A stretch of DNA of 64,000 nt from an uncultured virus (IMG/VR IMGVR_UViG_3300026549_002537) (lineage: Duplodnaviria; Heunggongvirae; Uroviricota; Caudoviricetes). The notes beneath the pieces were generated by a model. It had not been told where the DNA came from, ran no database searches, and saw only the letters and a program-made list of their open reading frames with translations. Of the stretch, positions 1 to 9,334 are shown piece by piece (position 1 is the first letter of the stretch; each line of letters begins with the position of its first letter). Position numbers and translations under genes: made by a program. The stretch is taken from IMG/VR virus record IMGVR_UViG_3300026549_002537; one strand, written 5' to 3'.

Positions 1-1314
1 TCATTTATATGCCATCTCCTTACGCTCTTCTTCATTTATATCGTCTATATCATCATAGTTTCTTCGCTTGCGAGGATTGTTGTCACCATTGGATGATGGA
101 ACAAAGGTGGAACTGGCATAGAGTTTCATGTAGTCGAAGATGGTATTCTCTATGAGGGAAAGAGCTGCGGAGCGTTTTTCGGGTCTTGAAAACTCTCTGC
201 GGATGTAGCCTTCAATGAGGGGCTTATAGTATTTGGCGATGACTTCTTCTTTCGTCAAGTCACCATTCTTGAAAGCCATAAAGTCCTCGTTGCTCATCTT
301 CTCGCTATATTCCTTGGAACCACCAGTAAACATCATGGCGATGTGGCACTGTCCTTGCTTGTCTTTATAGATGCGTGTAGCATCTACATTGATGAAAGAG
401 GGTAGGACATAACGCTCTGGGTAAGCCTTGCGCTTTAAGTCCCGATTTTCCTTGAGTAGATTCTCGTTGAAGGAGGCATTCTTTTCATTGTTGCGACGCA
501 ACTGGGCATTTTCTTCCCTTAATGCTGATATGGTCTTTTGGTCCTGCTCACGTTGTTGCTTTCTGCGTTCAATATCTGCTTGAAGTTGAGTGACCTTTTC
601 AGTCAGTTGCTCTACCTGTTGCTGAAGCTGAATATTCATTGGGTCAGCCTTTAGATCCTCTACGAGTTGGTCTATCTTCTTATAGAGTGCATTCTTGGCA
701 TTTTGGGAGAGAAATGACTTGTAGACCAGTTTCCTAAGGGAAGAGATATTCTCAAGAGCCTTTTTCTCCTTGTACTGTACTGCATTGAGATGCTTTATGT
801 TAGAACTACTACCACGTTCCATCTTGAGACATTCGGCTCCAATAGTCTGCATTTTTGAGGTGTCTTGTGGAGTCAGGCGCAATGACGTTCCATTGGCATG
901 TGTCCAGTCTGCTACAAAATGAGCATGTAGATTCAACTTCGAGGGATCTGGATTATCCTTGCTAAAGCCTTCATCACGATGGATATGAAGCTGAATGCAT
1001 TTGATGCCGAACTCCTTTTCAAGTTGCTTTGCCAATAGTTGGAGATCTGCCATTGTGGTATCAGGCTTGATAACGATGACTGCTTCACGGATGGGAGCGG
1101 CTTTTGCTTGCATTTTCTGACCTACATGAGTCTGATAACGGTCTGCGATTTCCTTACGAATATCTGCCAAGGTCTGACCTTCGTATCGAGGATCAACCCA
1201 GTGCTCGTTGTTTGGTGTGAGTTCTTTGATCACGTAATCAAGTTCTTTCTCACGGAGATTGTGTATCTCACTCCCAGATTTTACTGGGACGAAATGTATT
1301 GATGTCTTAGCCAT
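1..1314 (-). CDS. Mobilization protein / relaxase (MOBV, Mob_Pre-like) with C-terminal coiled coil
   Basis: N-terminus MAKTSIHF..SEIHNLR; HIHRDEG...NLHAH relaxase His motifs typical of Bacteroidetes Mob proteins. Confidence 0.85.
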   Translation of the reverse strand: MAKTSIHFVPVKSGSEIHNLREKELDYVIKELTPNNEHWVDPRYEGQTLADIRKEIADRYQTHVGQKMQAKAAPIREAVIVIKPDTTMADLQLLAKQLEKEFGIKCIQLHIHRDEGFSKDNPDPSKLNLHAHFVADWTHANGTSLRLTPQDTSKMQTIGAECLKMERGSSSNIKHLNAVQYKEKKALENISSLRKLVYKSFLSQNAKNALYKKIDQLVEDLKADPMNIQLQQQVEQLTEKVTQLQADIERRKQQREQDQKTISALREENAQLRRNNEKNASFNENLLKENRDLKRKAYPERYVLPSFINVDATRIYKDKQGQCHIAMMFTGGSKEYSEKMSNEDFMAFKNGDLTKEEVIAKYYKPLIEGYIRREFSRPEKRSAALSLIENTIFDYMKLYASSTFVPSSNGDNNPRKRRNYDDIDDINEEERKEMAYK

Positions 1315-1357
1315 AGTGCATGTTTGATTATATGATTGTTACTTCAAAAGATGGGGT

Positions 1358-1460
1358 CAAGGGGCGAAGCCCTTGTGGAAAGGTTCTTAGGGAATGCTTC
1401 CCTGAGCCCATTGCACTCTTTAGGGTGCTAGTGGGCTATCACCCTTCTAAGGAAGAGTAA
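1358..1460. other. Putative oriT (inverted repeats upstream of mob)
   Basis: Hairpin caaggggc-gaa-gcccttg (1358-1375) and imperfect IR agcccattgcactc-ttta-gggtgctagtgggct (1405-1437) directly upstream of the relaxase. Confidence 0.55.
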
Positions 1461-1581
1461 CAGGGAACTCCTGCGGAGGGCTTATGTCGGCCATATTTGT
1501 CACAAATGTTGCGTAGTTGCGGCCTATTCTTGTGTATATTACTGATAACCAGGACATAACTTGAAAATTTGGCGCAACTTG

Positions 1582-2781
1582 TCAACTCGGGTCTTTCTTG
1601 TTGACAGCCTTGCTTACATATTGACGAGAACAGCCAAGCGCATCGGCCAACTTCTGCAGATTCACTTCACCCTTATAGGTGTTATAGAGTATCTGTAGGC
1701 TTTGCTCTTTGGTGAAACCCTGATACATTCCTCCACTAATCTCATGATAGACCTTCTCTGCTGCACTCTCAAAGTAGTTCATACACTGAATAGCTTGTAA
1801 CATTTCATCACCTGAGATAGTGTCTTTGCGATAGTATTCGAAAGTTTTCTCCCATAGCAGGTGAGTAACGATAGACCAGCGTAGGATGATAATCTGGAAC
1901 TTACTATAGACGTACTGCATATAGTCATCAGAAGAGGACTTCTTGTCTTGCAGCATGTTATAGTAAGTGCAATAGAAGTCTTTAGCCTCAGGGGAAAGAG
2001 ATAGCGTAGTTGGTTCTAACTTCATCAGATCTCTAACGAAGTTTGTCCAGTAGGGCATGATGGCTTCACTGAGCAGATTATCGGAATAGTAGGTGACAGG
2101 AAGCTTATCGGGATAGACAAAAAGAATGCGTTGGTTAAATCCACTAATCATCAACTGTGGATTACCGAATGTTGACTTCAATAGCCCAGGTTGAATACCA
2201 CCAAGTATATCCAAGAATGGCTCTCGGATGAAGGTTGGGTCTTCCGTCTTACGGTCGATGCAGAAGCTGGTACTATCCCAGATGGAGAGCATATTGCTGA
2301 TGATACCGCTACGGTTATAGCGGTCGAAGTCATCAATCATGCCCTTTATCTCATCACGATAAACCATCTGCGGCATAAAGGAAAGTGCCTTGTAAATAGC
2401 TTCGGGGGTAGTGTCGGTGAGTGACAGTTTCTTACAGATAGGCTTAGGCTTGTTGCTATCGTCTTTGTCAGTATGTCGAAGTTCTTCATAGTAAGCCATC
2501 ACCGCTTCCTCGTTTAGTTCGTTGATTGGCTTGAATAGCATCTTCACTGGCGCACTCTTGTTACTACCGCTGGGAGCCACATGACAAATCCACATAGAAG
2601 GATAGTTTGTGTATTTGCCGTCAAACAGTTTGACTGACTTGTTGACGGCAATACTCACAATAGCGTAGATGGTTGACACAATGATGTCTGCATCGCACTG
2701 GTATACTTCGGCAAAGTTCTTGATGATGTGTTGAATCTCCACCTGCAAGCACTCAAATGGTAAATACTGTTTGTTAATCAT
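1582..2781 (-). CDS. DUF3987 (YfjI-like) P-loop protein
   Basis: Walker-A-like APSGSNKS, D-T-T-P-E-A, RDEI, GGIQPG and GFNQRILF motifs. Confidence 0.8.
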   Translation of the reverse strand: MINKQYLPFECLQVEIQHIIKNFAEVYQCDADIIVSTIYAIVSIAVNKSVKLFDGKYTNYPSMWICHVAPSGSNKSAPVKMLFKPINELNEEAVMAYYEELRHTDKDDSNKPKPICKKLSLTDTTPEAIYKALSFMPQMVYRDEIKGMIDDFDRYNRSGIISNMLSIWDSTSFCIDRKTEDPTFIREPFLDILGGIQPGLLKSTFGNPQLMISGFNQRILFVYPDKLPVTYYSDNLLSEAIMPYWTNFVRDLMKLEPTTLSLSPEAKDFYCTYYNMLQDKKSSSDDYMQYVYSKFQIIILRWSIVTHLLWEKTFEYYRKDTISGDEMLQAIQCMNYFESAAEKVYHEISGGMYQGFTKEQSLQILYNTYKGEVNLQKLADALGCSRQYVSKAVNKKDPS

Positions 2782-2792
2782 ATATCAGATGA

Positions 2793-3149
2793 TTAGTGGT
2801 TAGCACTTGGCAGGTGGTGAATCCCTTTCCGAATCTCATTGAGCATCTCTTCAGAGTTTATGCCATAGCAGTTCTGCCTGCCACCTTCAATCCATCTGTA
2901 GAGTTCATCCTCGTAGAAGTAAAGTTTGTTACCTCTTTTGTAATGAGGGATGATACCTTTACGGGCATTGGCGTAGATGGTGGGCTTTGCCTTGCCGGTA
3001 ATACGCATGGCTCCTTCAATGTCAGTGAGGACATGACGGTTAGATACTGATGATTGCTCACATGGAGTAATCATTTTCGATAACTCATAAACGAATTGAG
3101 TGAGTTGATTGACTTGCTCAGTCAGATTTTTTATTTCTTCTTCTAACAT
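2793..3149 (-). CDS. Excisionase-like HTH_17 DNA-binding protein
   Basis: TGKAKPTIY...GIIPHYKRGNKLYFYEDELYRWI winged-HTH signature. Confidence 0.85.
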   Translation of the reverse strand: MLEEEIKNLTEQVNQLTQFVYELSKMITPCEQSSVSNRHVLTDIEGAMRITGKAKPTIYANARKGIIPHYKRGNKLYFYEDELYRWIEGGRQNCYGINSEEMLNEIRKGIHHLPSANH

Positions 3150-3207
3150 ATGATAAATCCAGTCCCTTTAGTGGAACATCGCTGCAAAGGAACTGGGTTT
3201 ATCAATG

Positions 3208-3258
3208 GTATATCCTTATACCGCTATAAACTAAAATAAACTGGGAATAAACTATACT
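3208..3258. promoter_or_regulatory. TAAACT-repeat regulatory motif upstream of the xis-like gene (second copy at 5532-5572)
   Basis: gtatatccttataccgctataaact...gaataaactatact vs gtatatccttaaactgctataaactgagaataaactatact. Confidence 0.55.
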
Positions 3259-3285
3259 ATTAAGCTTATTCCCAGTGATTATTGA

Positions 3286-4176
3286 TTATATCTGCTTGAT
3301 AAGTTCTTCTGTAATATGACCGCAGAATTTCTTCGATATACTGTGGTTGTCACCCCAACATACTTCTGGAATTGGGATAGATAGATTCTTCGACTCGCTT
3401 GAAGACAACTTTGTTGCAACGGTGCTGAATTCTACGTCTTTAAGCTGATGAGGAAATACTTCTTTTATGAAGGCTGCACCATATTCATTACGTTTTTTGA
3501 GGAAGAACTTCACGACAAAACCAATGTGATAGATGTCTTCCGTAACGAGACTCGAGAATTTTGATGTGGCCTTAACTGTATATGGAAGATGTGGCTTTAG
3601 TCCTGTTGTGTTCAAATCCAACAACCGATTATCTACAGCGAGGTAAATATCATCCAAAAGAATATTGGCATCTTCATCTGGTATAATTCCCTTAACGTGT
3701 TTATCAACAAAGGCATAAAAGAGATTCTTGTACTTTGTAGACTCTTCTTGTTGAGCTTGATTAATTGCGTTGGGGCTTGAAGGGGAAAGAGTTGGAGGTT
3801 CCTCTTTCACCTTATTATATATAATAGGCTCTGTTACTTCAACAGGTTCTTTCTCTATAATAGGTTCAGCTGTATTGGAGATGATTGTGGGACTATTTTC
3901 TTCTCTTGATGTGTTAGATGGGTAATAGGGGAGCATCAGTAGTTCTGCGTGCTTCATCTTTTTCTTTCGTTTACGCCAGTTATCTGGTACAACGTATAGG
4001 AAGAAGTGTAACATAGCAGAGATACATGCAGTAGCCACTACATAGTAGAGTAGACTTGGGAATAGCAACATGTGCTGGTATTGAACCCAGTATGCCAAGG
4101 GCAGCGTCATTGCCAGAGCAGGCCCAACAATGATGCTTGCAAACAGCGTCTTGTGAAAATATTCGTCAATACTCAT
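3286..4176 (-). CDS. Hypothetical protein with two N-terminal transmembrane segments
   Basis: 296-aa ORF with hydrophobic N-terminus; TAnnTTTG promoter box at ~4201-4209 upstream. Confidence 0.65.
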   Translation of the reverse strand: MSIDEYFHKTLFASIIVGPALAMTLPLAYWVQYQHMLLFPSLLYYVVATACISAMLHFFLYVVPDNWRKRKKKMKHAELLMLPYYPSNTSREENSPTIISNTAEPIIEKEPVEVTEPIIYNKVKEEPPTLSPSSPNAINQAQQEESTKYKNLFYAFVDKHVKGIIPDEDANILLDDIYLAVDNRLLDLNTTGLKPHLPYTVKATSKFSSLVTEDIYHIGFVVKFFLKKRNEYGAAFIKEVFPHQLKDVEFSTVATKLSSSESKNLSIPIPEVCWGDNHSISKKFCGHITEELIKQI

Positions 4177-4267
4177 TACTTGTTATCCTAAAAACTGGCT
4201 GCAAAGGTACTAATTATTATTGATAACGAGTAATATTTGATGCGAAAAATAAACTTTTCAATAAGGA

Positions 4268-4326
4268 AATCGAGCCTTATCCTTCTTTCCGTAAAACTAT
4301 GAAAATAAGAAGGATATGGCTTGATT
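4268..4326. terminator. Inverted repeat / likely terminator downstream of the integrase
   Basis: aatcgagccttatccttct ... agaaggatatggcttgatt. Confidence 0.5.
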
Positions 4327-4347
4327 GTTAATGATGTCTTTTGATGA

Positions 4348-5460
4348 CTATTTCAGAGAAATGAGCTCGGAAGCCTTACGCTTGTTGGCATCGTTCAAAT
4401 CTGCATATATTTGGGTTGTAGTCACATTCTTGTGACCAAGCATCTTTGATACAGTGTAGATGGGGGATCCCATACTTACCTGAAGGGAAGCAAAAGTGTG
4501 ACGAAGACAGTGGAAAGTAATGTGCTTGTCTATACCAGCAGCCTCCAGCCATTCTTTTAAGTTGTAGCCGACTATACTATAACGAAGTCCCTTGAAAATC
4601 TTGCCTGTACTGCGTTCACCACAAAATTCCAAGGTTTCCTCACTTATAGGGAGTGTTTCTTCTGCACCAGTCTTTTTAATACGATATTGAATAACATAAC
4701 CACCATCACTACCAATGCGAATATTGTCCCAGCTCAACCTGAGTATGTCACTTACACGCAATCCTGTCAGACAAGAGAATAGTGCAGCCTGCTTCAACAC
4801 AGGAATCTTGCAGGGAGTCTGATTTAGTTTCTTCAACTCATCAAGAGTGAGTGTTTCCTTGCGCACATCTACAGTCTCAATCTTGTCGAGATAGTCATTG
4901 ATGTTTTCATTCAGCCATTTCTCTCTATAAGCCATATACAATAGTTCTTTGAAGATGGAATAGTAGCTGGCCGCAGAATTTTGACTAAGCATCAGGCGGG
5001 TGTGTTTCAACTGATGTGCGTTGAGAAGATACTCGCGAAATCCTCTGCACAGTTCAATAGTGATTTCTCCAAAGGTACACTTCCCGTTTACGTACTTGGA
5101 AAAATGCTTGTACACCATGTCCCATTTTTGTTGCTTGGTACGGCCTTTCTCTTTGAAATAAGCGAGAAAGTCAGCCTTCTGCTTTGTCTTGTCGAGAAAT
5201 CCGAACTGTTCATTAATAAGCGACTGTACACGGATACAACGAATACCTTCGGCCTTCATGAGCATGTCTTTGTTAAACTCATCTTCTATCTGATTCTTTG
5301 GATTGGCATATATATAAATGCCAAGGAATTCGCGACGAGTCATTTTCATTGTCTTAGGATTGCGGATTGCAGGATAGAAATCCAGATAGAGTGAGATCAT
5401 TCCGTTTTTGAGCTTGGCTTGGCGAACGGTTACCTTTGTGCATGTGTTACTTCTGTTCAT
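4348..5460 (-). CDS. Tyrosine recombinase/integrase (Bacteroidetes Arm-DNA-bind + SAM-like + catalytic domains)
   Basis: SLYLDFYP N-terminus; TGLRVSD, HITFHCLRHTFA, LGHKNVTTTQIY (R-H-R-H-Y catalytic set). Confidence 0.95.
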   Translation of the reverse strand: MNRSNTCTKVTVRQAKLKNGMISLYLDFYPAIRNPKTMKMTRREFLGIYIYANPKNQIEDEFNKDMLMKAEGIRCIRVQSLINEQFGFLDKTKQKADFLAYFKEKGRTKQQKWDMVYKHFSKYVNGKCTFGEITIELCRGFREYLLNAHQLKHTRLMLSQNSAASYYSIFKELLYMAYREKWLNENINDYLDKIETVDVRKETLTLDELKKLNQTPCKIPVLKQAALFSCLTGLRVSDILRLSWDNIRIGSDGGYVIQYRIKKTGAEETLPISEETLEFCGERSTGKIFKGLRYSIVGYNLKEWLEAAGIDKHITFHCLRHTFASLQVSMGSPIYTVSKMLGHKNVTTTQIYADLNDANKRKASELISLK

Positions 5461-5531
5461 AATGTGTTAATGTTTAATCGTTTATATTTCTGTTTGAAAA
5501 ACTGGGCGCAAAATTAGGGAGTGTATCGTCA

Positions 5532-5572
5532 GTATATCCTTAAACTGCTATAAACTGAGAATAAACTATACT
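5532..5572. promoter_or_regulatory. TAAACT-repeat regulatory motif upstream of the integrase
   Basis: Near-identical to 3208-3258. Confidence 0.55.
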
Positions 5573-7080
5573 GACAATGGATCTTGAGGTATGTTATCAC
5601 ATTTCGCTGGTACTTTACCTTGCTTGCGTTCCTCTATAATACGGTTGAAATCATGAAAACTGAGTTTGATGTACTTGCCACACTTCTTCTTCGGTACATG
5701 ATAGAAGCGTATAACCTCTCTTACCTGATGGATGGTCATTTTATACATGCTCATCAATTCCTCTACGGTCTTGTAATCATCCTCAGGCTGGAGTATGTTC
5801 TTCTCTTTGTCAACATGCATCTTCGAGTAGTACGGCTTTGTGCCGACATACTTTCGAGGGATATGATGCTTGCAAACGAAAGAAGCGATTTGATTGTAGG
5901 TCATGTCGTATTTCGCTTGGATTTCTTCACAAGTGTACCATTCAGTCAGTTCTGGAATGGGATTGTCCTTGATGAAATAGTTGTCAACGGCTGCTTTAGG
6001 GAAACATTTCTTATCCCCTAAAGTGAATACATCTATATTCTGGGCTTTGGCAATGCGATAGACTGTTGTTTCTTTTACCTTATATTTATCTATGATCTCA
6101 TCAATGGTGTAGAACGGGTTTGGTTCTTGCGGTTTGGGAGCTTCAGAAAAATGACTTGCCTGGTATTTTGCAACAAATGCATCCCAGTCCGTCTTCAAGA
6201 TGAGTAGTTTCCTATTGACTCTCTTGACCTTCAGTTTCTCGTTTTTTGCATAATATCGAACTTGAAACGTAGAGAAACTGCTATTTTTGACAACGTCTTG
6301 AACGGTGTAGTAGTTGTCGTCCGGCATTGTTGTAAGTCGTTTGAGATTATCAATGTGGTTCTTCGAGTAATAGGTAATGTTCTGAAACTGGATGCGTGGC
6401 ACATTATGCCGAAGGGCGTACTTGTTTAGAGCGGAACGTTTCATTCCGTAAATGTCCTCTATTTGCTGGGCATTATACCAATCCTTCAGGTCATATTGTA
6501 CAAGCAATTCTTTGAAATGTACATCTACGTCTTCTTTCCTCCAAAAAGTCCTTCTTCCTTCAACGATTTTGGGAATGCCAAACTGTTCGCATCTGCGTGA
6601 TACAGTTGTCTTACTGATCTTGAATTTCTCCATCATTTCTTTGAGGGAGTAATACTCATTTTGAGTTTTCTTTCCCTTTTGCATATTGCCACGCTTCTTG
6701 TAGGATGGAGCATCATCGAATAGTTTCTCGATGTCACTTCTTCTGATGATAGTCTTTCCACGAAACTGCTTGGCCTTCAGTTCATGTTGCCAAAGATAAT
6801 TGTAGATGGTACTTCTGCAAACGCCAAGTAGCTTTGCTGCCTCTGAGGGAGAAAGGAACTGCTTCTCCTTTAGAGATTCCTTGAAGCGTTTACGTTCATC
6901 AACTCTTCGTGATAAGGTACTCAAGTCAGTTTTGCCATCTACGGGTGTGTATTTCCCTGATTGAATCTTTCTTTTGTACCTGTAGGCTTGATCACAGCAT
7001 TTACTGCTGCAAAATCTTGCCGTAACCATCTGTGCAATGAATGTTTTGTGACACCATTCGCATTTCTTAACTATTTCCAT
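5566..7080 (-). CDS. Zn-finger plus tandem HTH_17 repeat protein (integrase-associated)
   Basis: N-terminal CEWC...FCSSKC; multiple repeats of type YYTxxE..xKY...xxYxxxxxxxIPK. Confidence 0.8.
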   Translation of the reverse strand: MEIVKKCEWCHKTFIAQMVTARFCSSKCCDQAYRYKRKIQSGKYTPVDGKTDLSTLSRRVDERKRFKESLKEKQFLSPSEAAKLLGVCRSTIYNYLWQHELKAKQFRGKTIIRRSDIEKLFDDAPSYKKRGNMQKGKKTQNEYYSLKEMMEKFKISKTTVSRRCEQFGIPKIVEGRRTFWRKEDVDVHFKELLVQYDLKDWYNAQQIEDIYGMKRSALNKYALRHNVPRIQFQNITYYSKNHIDNLKRLTTMPDDNYYTVQDVVKNSSFSTFQVRYYAKNEKLKVKRVNRKLLILKTDWDAFVAKYQASHFSEAPKPQEPNPFYTIDEIIDKYKVKETTVYRIAKAQNIDVFTLGDKKCFPKAAVDNYFIKDNPIPELTEWYTCEEIQAKYDMTYNQIASFVCKHHIPRKYVGTKPYYSKMHVDKEKNILQPEDDYKTVEELMSMYKMTIHQVREVIRFYHVPKKKCGKYIKLSFHDFNRIIEERKQGKVPAKCDNIPQDPLSV

Positions 7081-7115
7081 ATGTCCATTTTTTGTATGTT
7101 ACCGTTTCTTAATTC

Positions 7116-7155
7116 TGTCCAAATGTGTCCAATAGTGTCCAAATGTGTCCAACGT
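7116..7155. repeat. 10-bp tandem repeat (TGTCCAAnnn x4)
   Basis: tgtccaaatg tgtccaatag tgtccaaatg tgtccaacgt upstream of the multi-HTH gene; extra tgtccaa near 7191. Confidence 0.8.
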
Positions 7156-7252
7156 GTACCACGTGAGGACATTAGTTAGCAATCCAATGGTGTCCAACAT
7201 GTTCCAGTCGGAGACATTGAGTGAGCATTTGCCGACGTTGGGATTTTTCCCG

Positions 7253-7272
7253 ACGTACAAATAACGTACAAA
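7253..7272. other. Putative integrase arm-type sites of the IME
   Basis: Direct repeat acgtacaaa x2 with 11-bp period. Confidence 0.5.
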
Positions 7273-7280
7273 AATGAGCG

Positions 7281-7315
7281 AAAAAAATATCACCAACGAT
7301 TAACGCTGATGATAT
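7281..7315 (-). terminator. Rho-independent terminator downstream of the att site
   Basis: Minus strand atatcatcagcg-ttaat-cgttggtgatat followed by a T-run. Confidence 0.55.
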
Positions 7316-7392
7316 TGCGAGTGTGGAAATGGTTGAAAGTGAGTGATTTAACTAATATCGATTAATATCGAGTGATTACCGTTAATCGTATT

Positions 7393-7413
7393 CTACTTTC
7401 CCACGCAGAAATT
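7393..7413 (-). other. Putative att site: duplicated 3' end of mnmE (trmE)
   Basis: Minus strand aat ttc tgc gtg gga aag tag = N-F-C-V-G-K-stop, matching the conserved FC(I/V)GK C-terminus of MnmE; sits at the phage/IME junction between arm-like repeats. Confidence 0.75.
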
Positions 7414-7473
7414 AGACAAGTCGCTGTAAGTGTGCTGATTATAAGCCTCTTAGGTGGTTCTTGTTTCTCGTCG

Positions 7474-7494
7474 AGCAACAATCCAGCAACAAAA
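7474..7494. other. Putative phage integrase arm-type sites
   Basis: Direct repeat agcaacaa x2 with 11-bp period, ~60 bp from the att core. Confidence 0.5.
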
Positions 7495-7522
7495 ATGCAG
7501 AAAAACCACTTTCGGATGAATG

Positions 7523-7559
7523 AAAAAGCCCCCATACCTGACGAAGGACACGGGGGCTT
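7523..7559 (-). terminator. Terminator at the end of the late/lysis operon
   Basis: aagccccc...gggggctt stem followed by a T-run on the minus strand. Confidence 0.6.
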
Positions 7560-7608
7560 ACGCAATACTGATATGTCCTAAAACATTATCAGACGGGTGC
7601 AAAGGTAG

Positions 7609-8181
7609 TCATTTTTTTCGGAACGGCCAAATTTTGGAGAGGGAAAAATTATATTGGACTCCCAAACCGATATATGGCTGCATCCCTGCTGGGGTTATTC
7701 CGTACCCAGCCTGCACTCCGAAAGTGAACGCCGGGGGAGGCTCCCGTCTTGTGACGGTAATCATCTTGCTGTACACGCTGATGCTGTCGAGCTTCGCATC
7801 AAAGCCGCTGACGTATGCGGTATAGTTTGAGTCCCGATAGACCTTCTGCGTGATGGGAAGAGAGATCGTCACGCTGTCGCTGTCCTCTGGAATAATTCCG
7901 ACGGCAATGTAGCATGAGTCTGGAATAGAATCAGGCTGATTGTTGCCGATTATCGGCTGTTTCCGTCGGTTTCCACGGACTTTGACAGCGGAGGCAGGGA
8001 TTTTATAGTCCTTGACTGCTACCTGTGCGCTGTCGGACGCAGAATCAGGTACAAACGTGCTGACAATGGTAGTGGTGTCGATAGACACCTCTCCTGGTTC
8101 TGGCTTGCATCCCCTGTTCAGCAGTACCAGGTTCAGCAGTATCGATACCAGCAGCAGGATCGGAACAATACTCTTCTTCAT
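7609..8181 (-). CDS. Membrane-anchored lysis accessory protein (spanin-like, DUF6808-like)
   Basis: N-terminal TM; YTAYVSGFDAKLDSI and FGVQAGYG..PYIGLGVQY motifs; follows the endolysin. Confidence 0.6.
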   Translation of the reverse strand: MKKSIVPILLLVSILLNLVLLNRGCKPEPGEVSIDTTTIVSTFVPDSASDSAQVAVKDYKIPASAVKVRGNRRKQPIIGNNQPDSIPDSCYIAVGIIPEDSDSVTISLPITQKVYRDSNYTAYVSGFDAKLDSISVYSKMITVTRREPPPAFTFGVQAGYGITPAGMQPYIGLGVQYNFSLSKIWPFRKK

Positions 8182-8834
8182 GACATATACTTTTGAATGT
8201 AGTCAACGATTCCTTCCACATGCAGCCTCTCGATGGCATGACGGCCCTCGTCAGACATGAGGTAGGCCACATCTTCCTTGTTGTCCTGGAACAGGTTCTC
8301 AGTAAGGACGGCAGGACATGCGGTGTTACTGAGGATATACAGCCCGGCATTGTTCCAGTATTTCTGGCTTGCCGACGGCTGTCGCATCTTCAAGCCGTTG
8401 CCCTTGGCAGCGTCGAAGAGACAGCCTGCCAGAAGCTTGCTTTTGGAAGAAGCCTTTGGCGACACATTGACCTGCCACCCTCTGGCCTCATGCCACTTGC
8501 CGTCTGACCCTGCAGCATTCACATGGATGCTGATGTAGATGACATTGGCTGCACCGTAATCCTTGCACATCTGATTCACGTTGGCGACACGCAGGGCAAG
8601 TTCCCGCTGCTGCTCCAGCTTGGCCATTGGCGTCTGCATGGTCTTAGGCAGCTTGTCACCGTCATAGTCGAAAGCAACGGTATATCCGAGTGCTTCCAGC
8701 TTGGCCTTGATATCACGTCCCACCTCACGGCTGTAGATGGCCTCGCGGAATTTTCCGTCGGGCGACCGCTTGCCTGGTGTGGTCAGAAGGTGAGCAAAGC
8801 CGATGATGATTAAAATTCTCTTTTTCATAATCAC
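8178..8834 (-). CDS. Endolysin, N-acetylmuramoyl-L-alanine amidase (Amidase_3)
   Basis: TPGKRSPDGKFREA, ISIHVNAA and PAVLTENLFQD motifs. Confidence 0.9.
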   Translation of the reverse strand: MIMKKRILIIIGFAHLLTTPGKRSPDGKFREAIYSREVGRDIKAKLEALGYTVAFDYDGDKLPKTMQTPMAKLEQQRELALRVANVNQMCKDYGAANVIYISIHVNAAGSDGKWHEARGWQVNVSPKASSKSKLLAGCLFDAAKGNGLKMRQPSASQKYWNNAGLYILSNTACPAVLTENLFQDNKEDVAYLMSDEGRHAIERLHVEGIVDYIQKYMS

Positions 8835-9334
8835 TCCAAATTTTCGTTTTCAAGTAATGTTCTGTCACTTATCCCTGAGCCTACCTCGCTTTTCATTCTT
8901 GTGCGCAGTATCTCAAGCACCGTTTCCTTGTCGAGTATCTGGGCCAGTGCTGTTGCGGCTGCATCCATTCGCTTACGCTGCTTCCTGTCTGCCTTCTCCT
9001 TCACGCTCCATGCCTCGACCAAACAGAGGATTATTCCCCAGACTATAGTCATCAGAGGAACAAAGTACGATCCGTCCATCAGCATAGCCCATACGAAGTG
9101 TACCATGGTATCGATGCAAACGCCAATGAGAAGGATTCCCTCATAGATTAGGAACTTTGTCAATGAGCGTGATGCGGCATAGCTCGTATGCTCGTCACCT
9201 CGGAGACGGGCCTTACGCCATCCGCTAAGAAAGTCAACAACCATAGCCACTATTACGGCTACCATTACCACTACGGCCAGGCAATACATGACTCCCAAGC
9301 CGTCAAATACAAGTTCTTTCATGTTCTCATTCAT
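8831..9334 (-). CDS. Phage holin
   Basis: Three TM segments, DFLSGWRKA...S motif, VEAWSVKEK; upstream of the endolysin. Confidence 0.8.
   Translation of the reverse strand: MNENMKELVFDGLGVMYCLAVVVMVAVIVAMVVDFLSGWRKARLRGDEHTSYAASRSLTKFLIYEGILLIGVCIDTMVHFVWAMLMDGSYFVPLMTIVWGIILCLVEAWSVKEKADRKQRKRMDAAATALAQILDKETVLEILRTRMKSEVGSGISDRTLLENENLE

Larger units (their letters stand above)
1..7392 (-). mobile_element. Integrative mobilizable element (NBU/Tn4555-like IME); left end probably outside the window
   Basis: Co-oriented multi-HTH gene, tyrosine integrase, excisionase-like HTH, DUF3987 and MOBV relaxase with oriT-like hairpins; arm-type repeats near 7253-7272; looks more AT-rich than the adjacent prophage. 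Confidence 0.85.
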
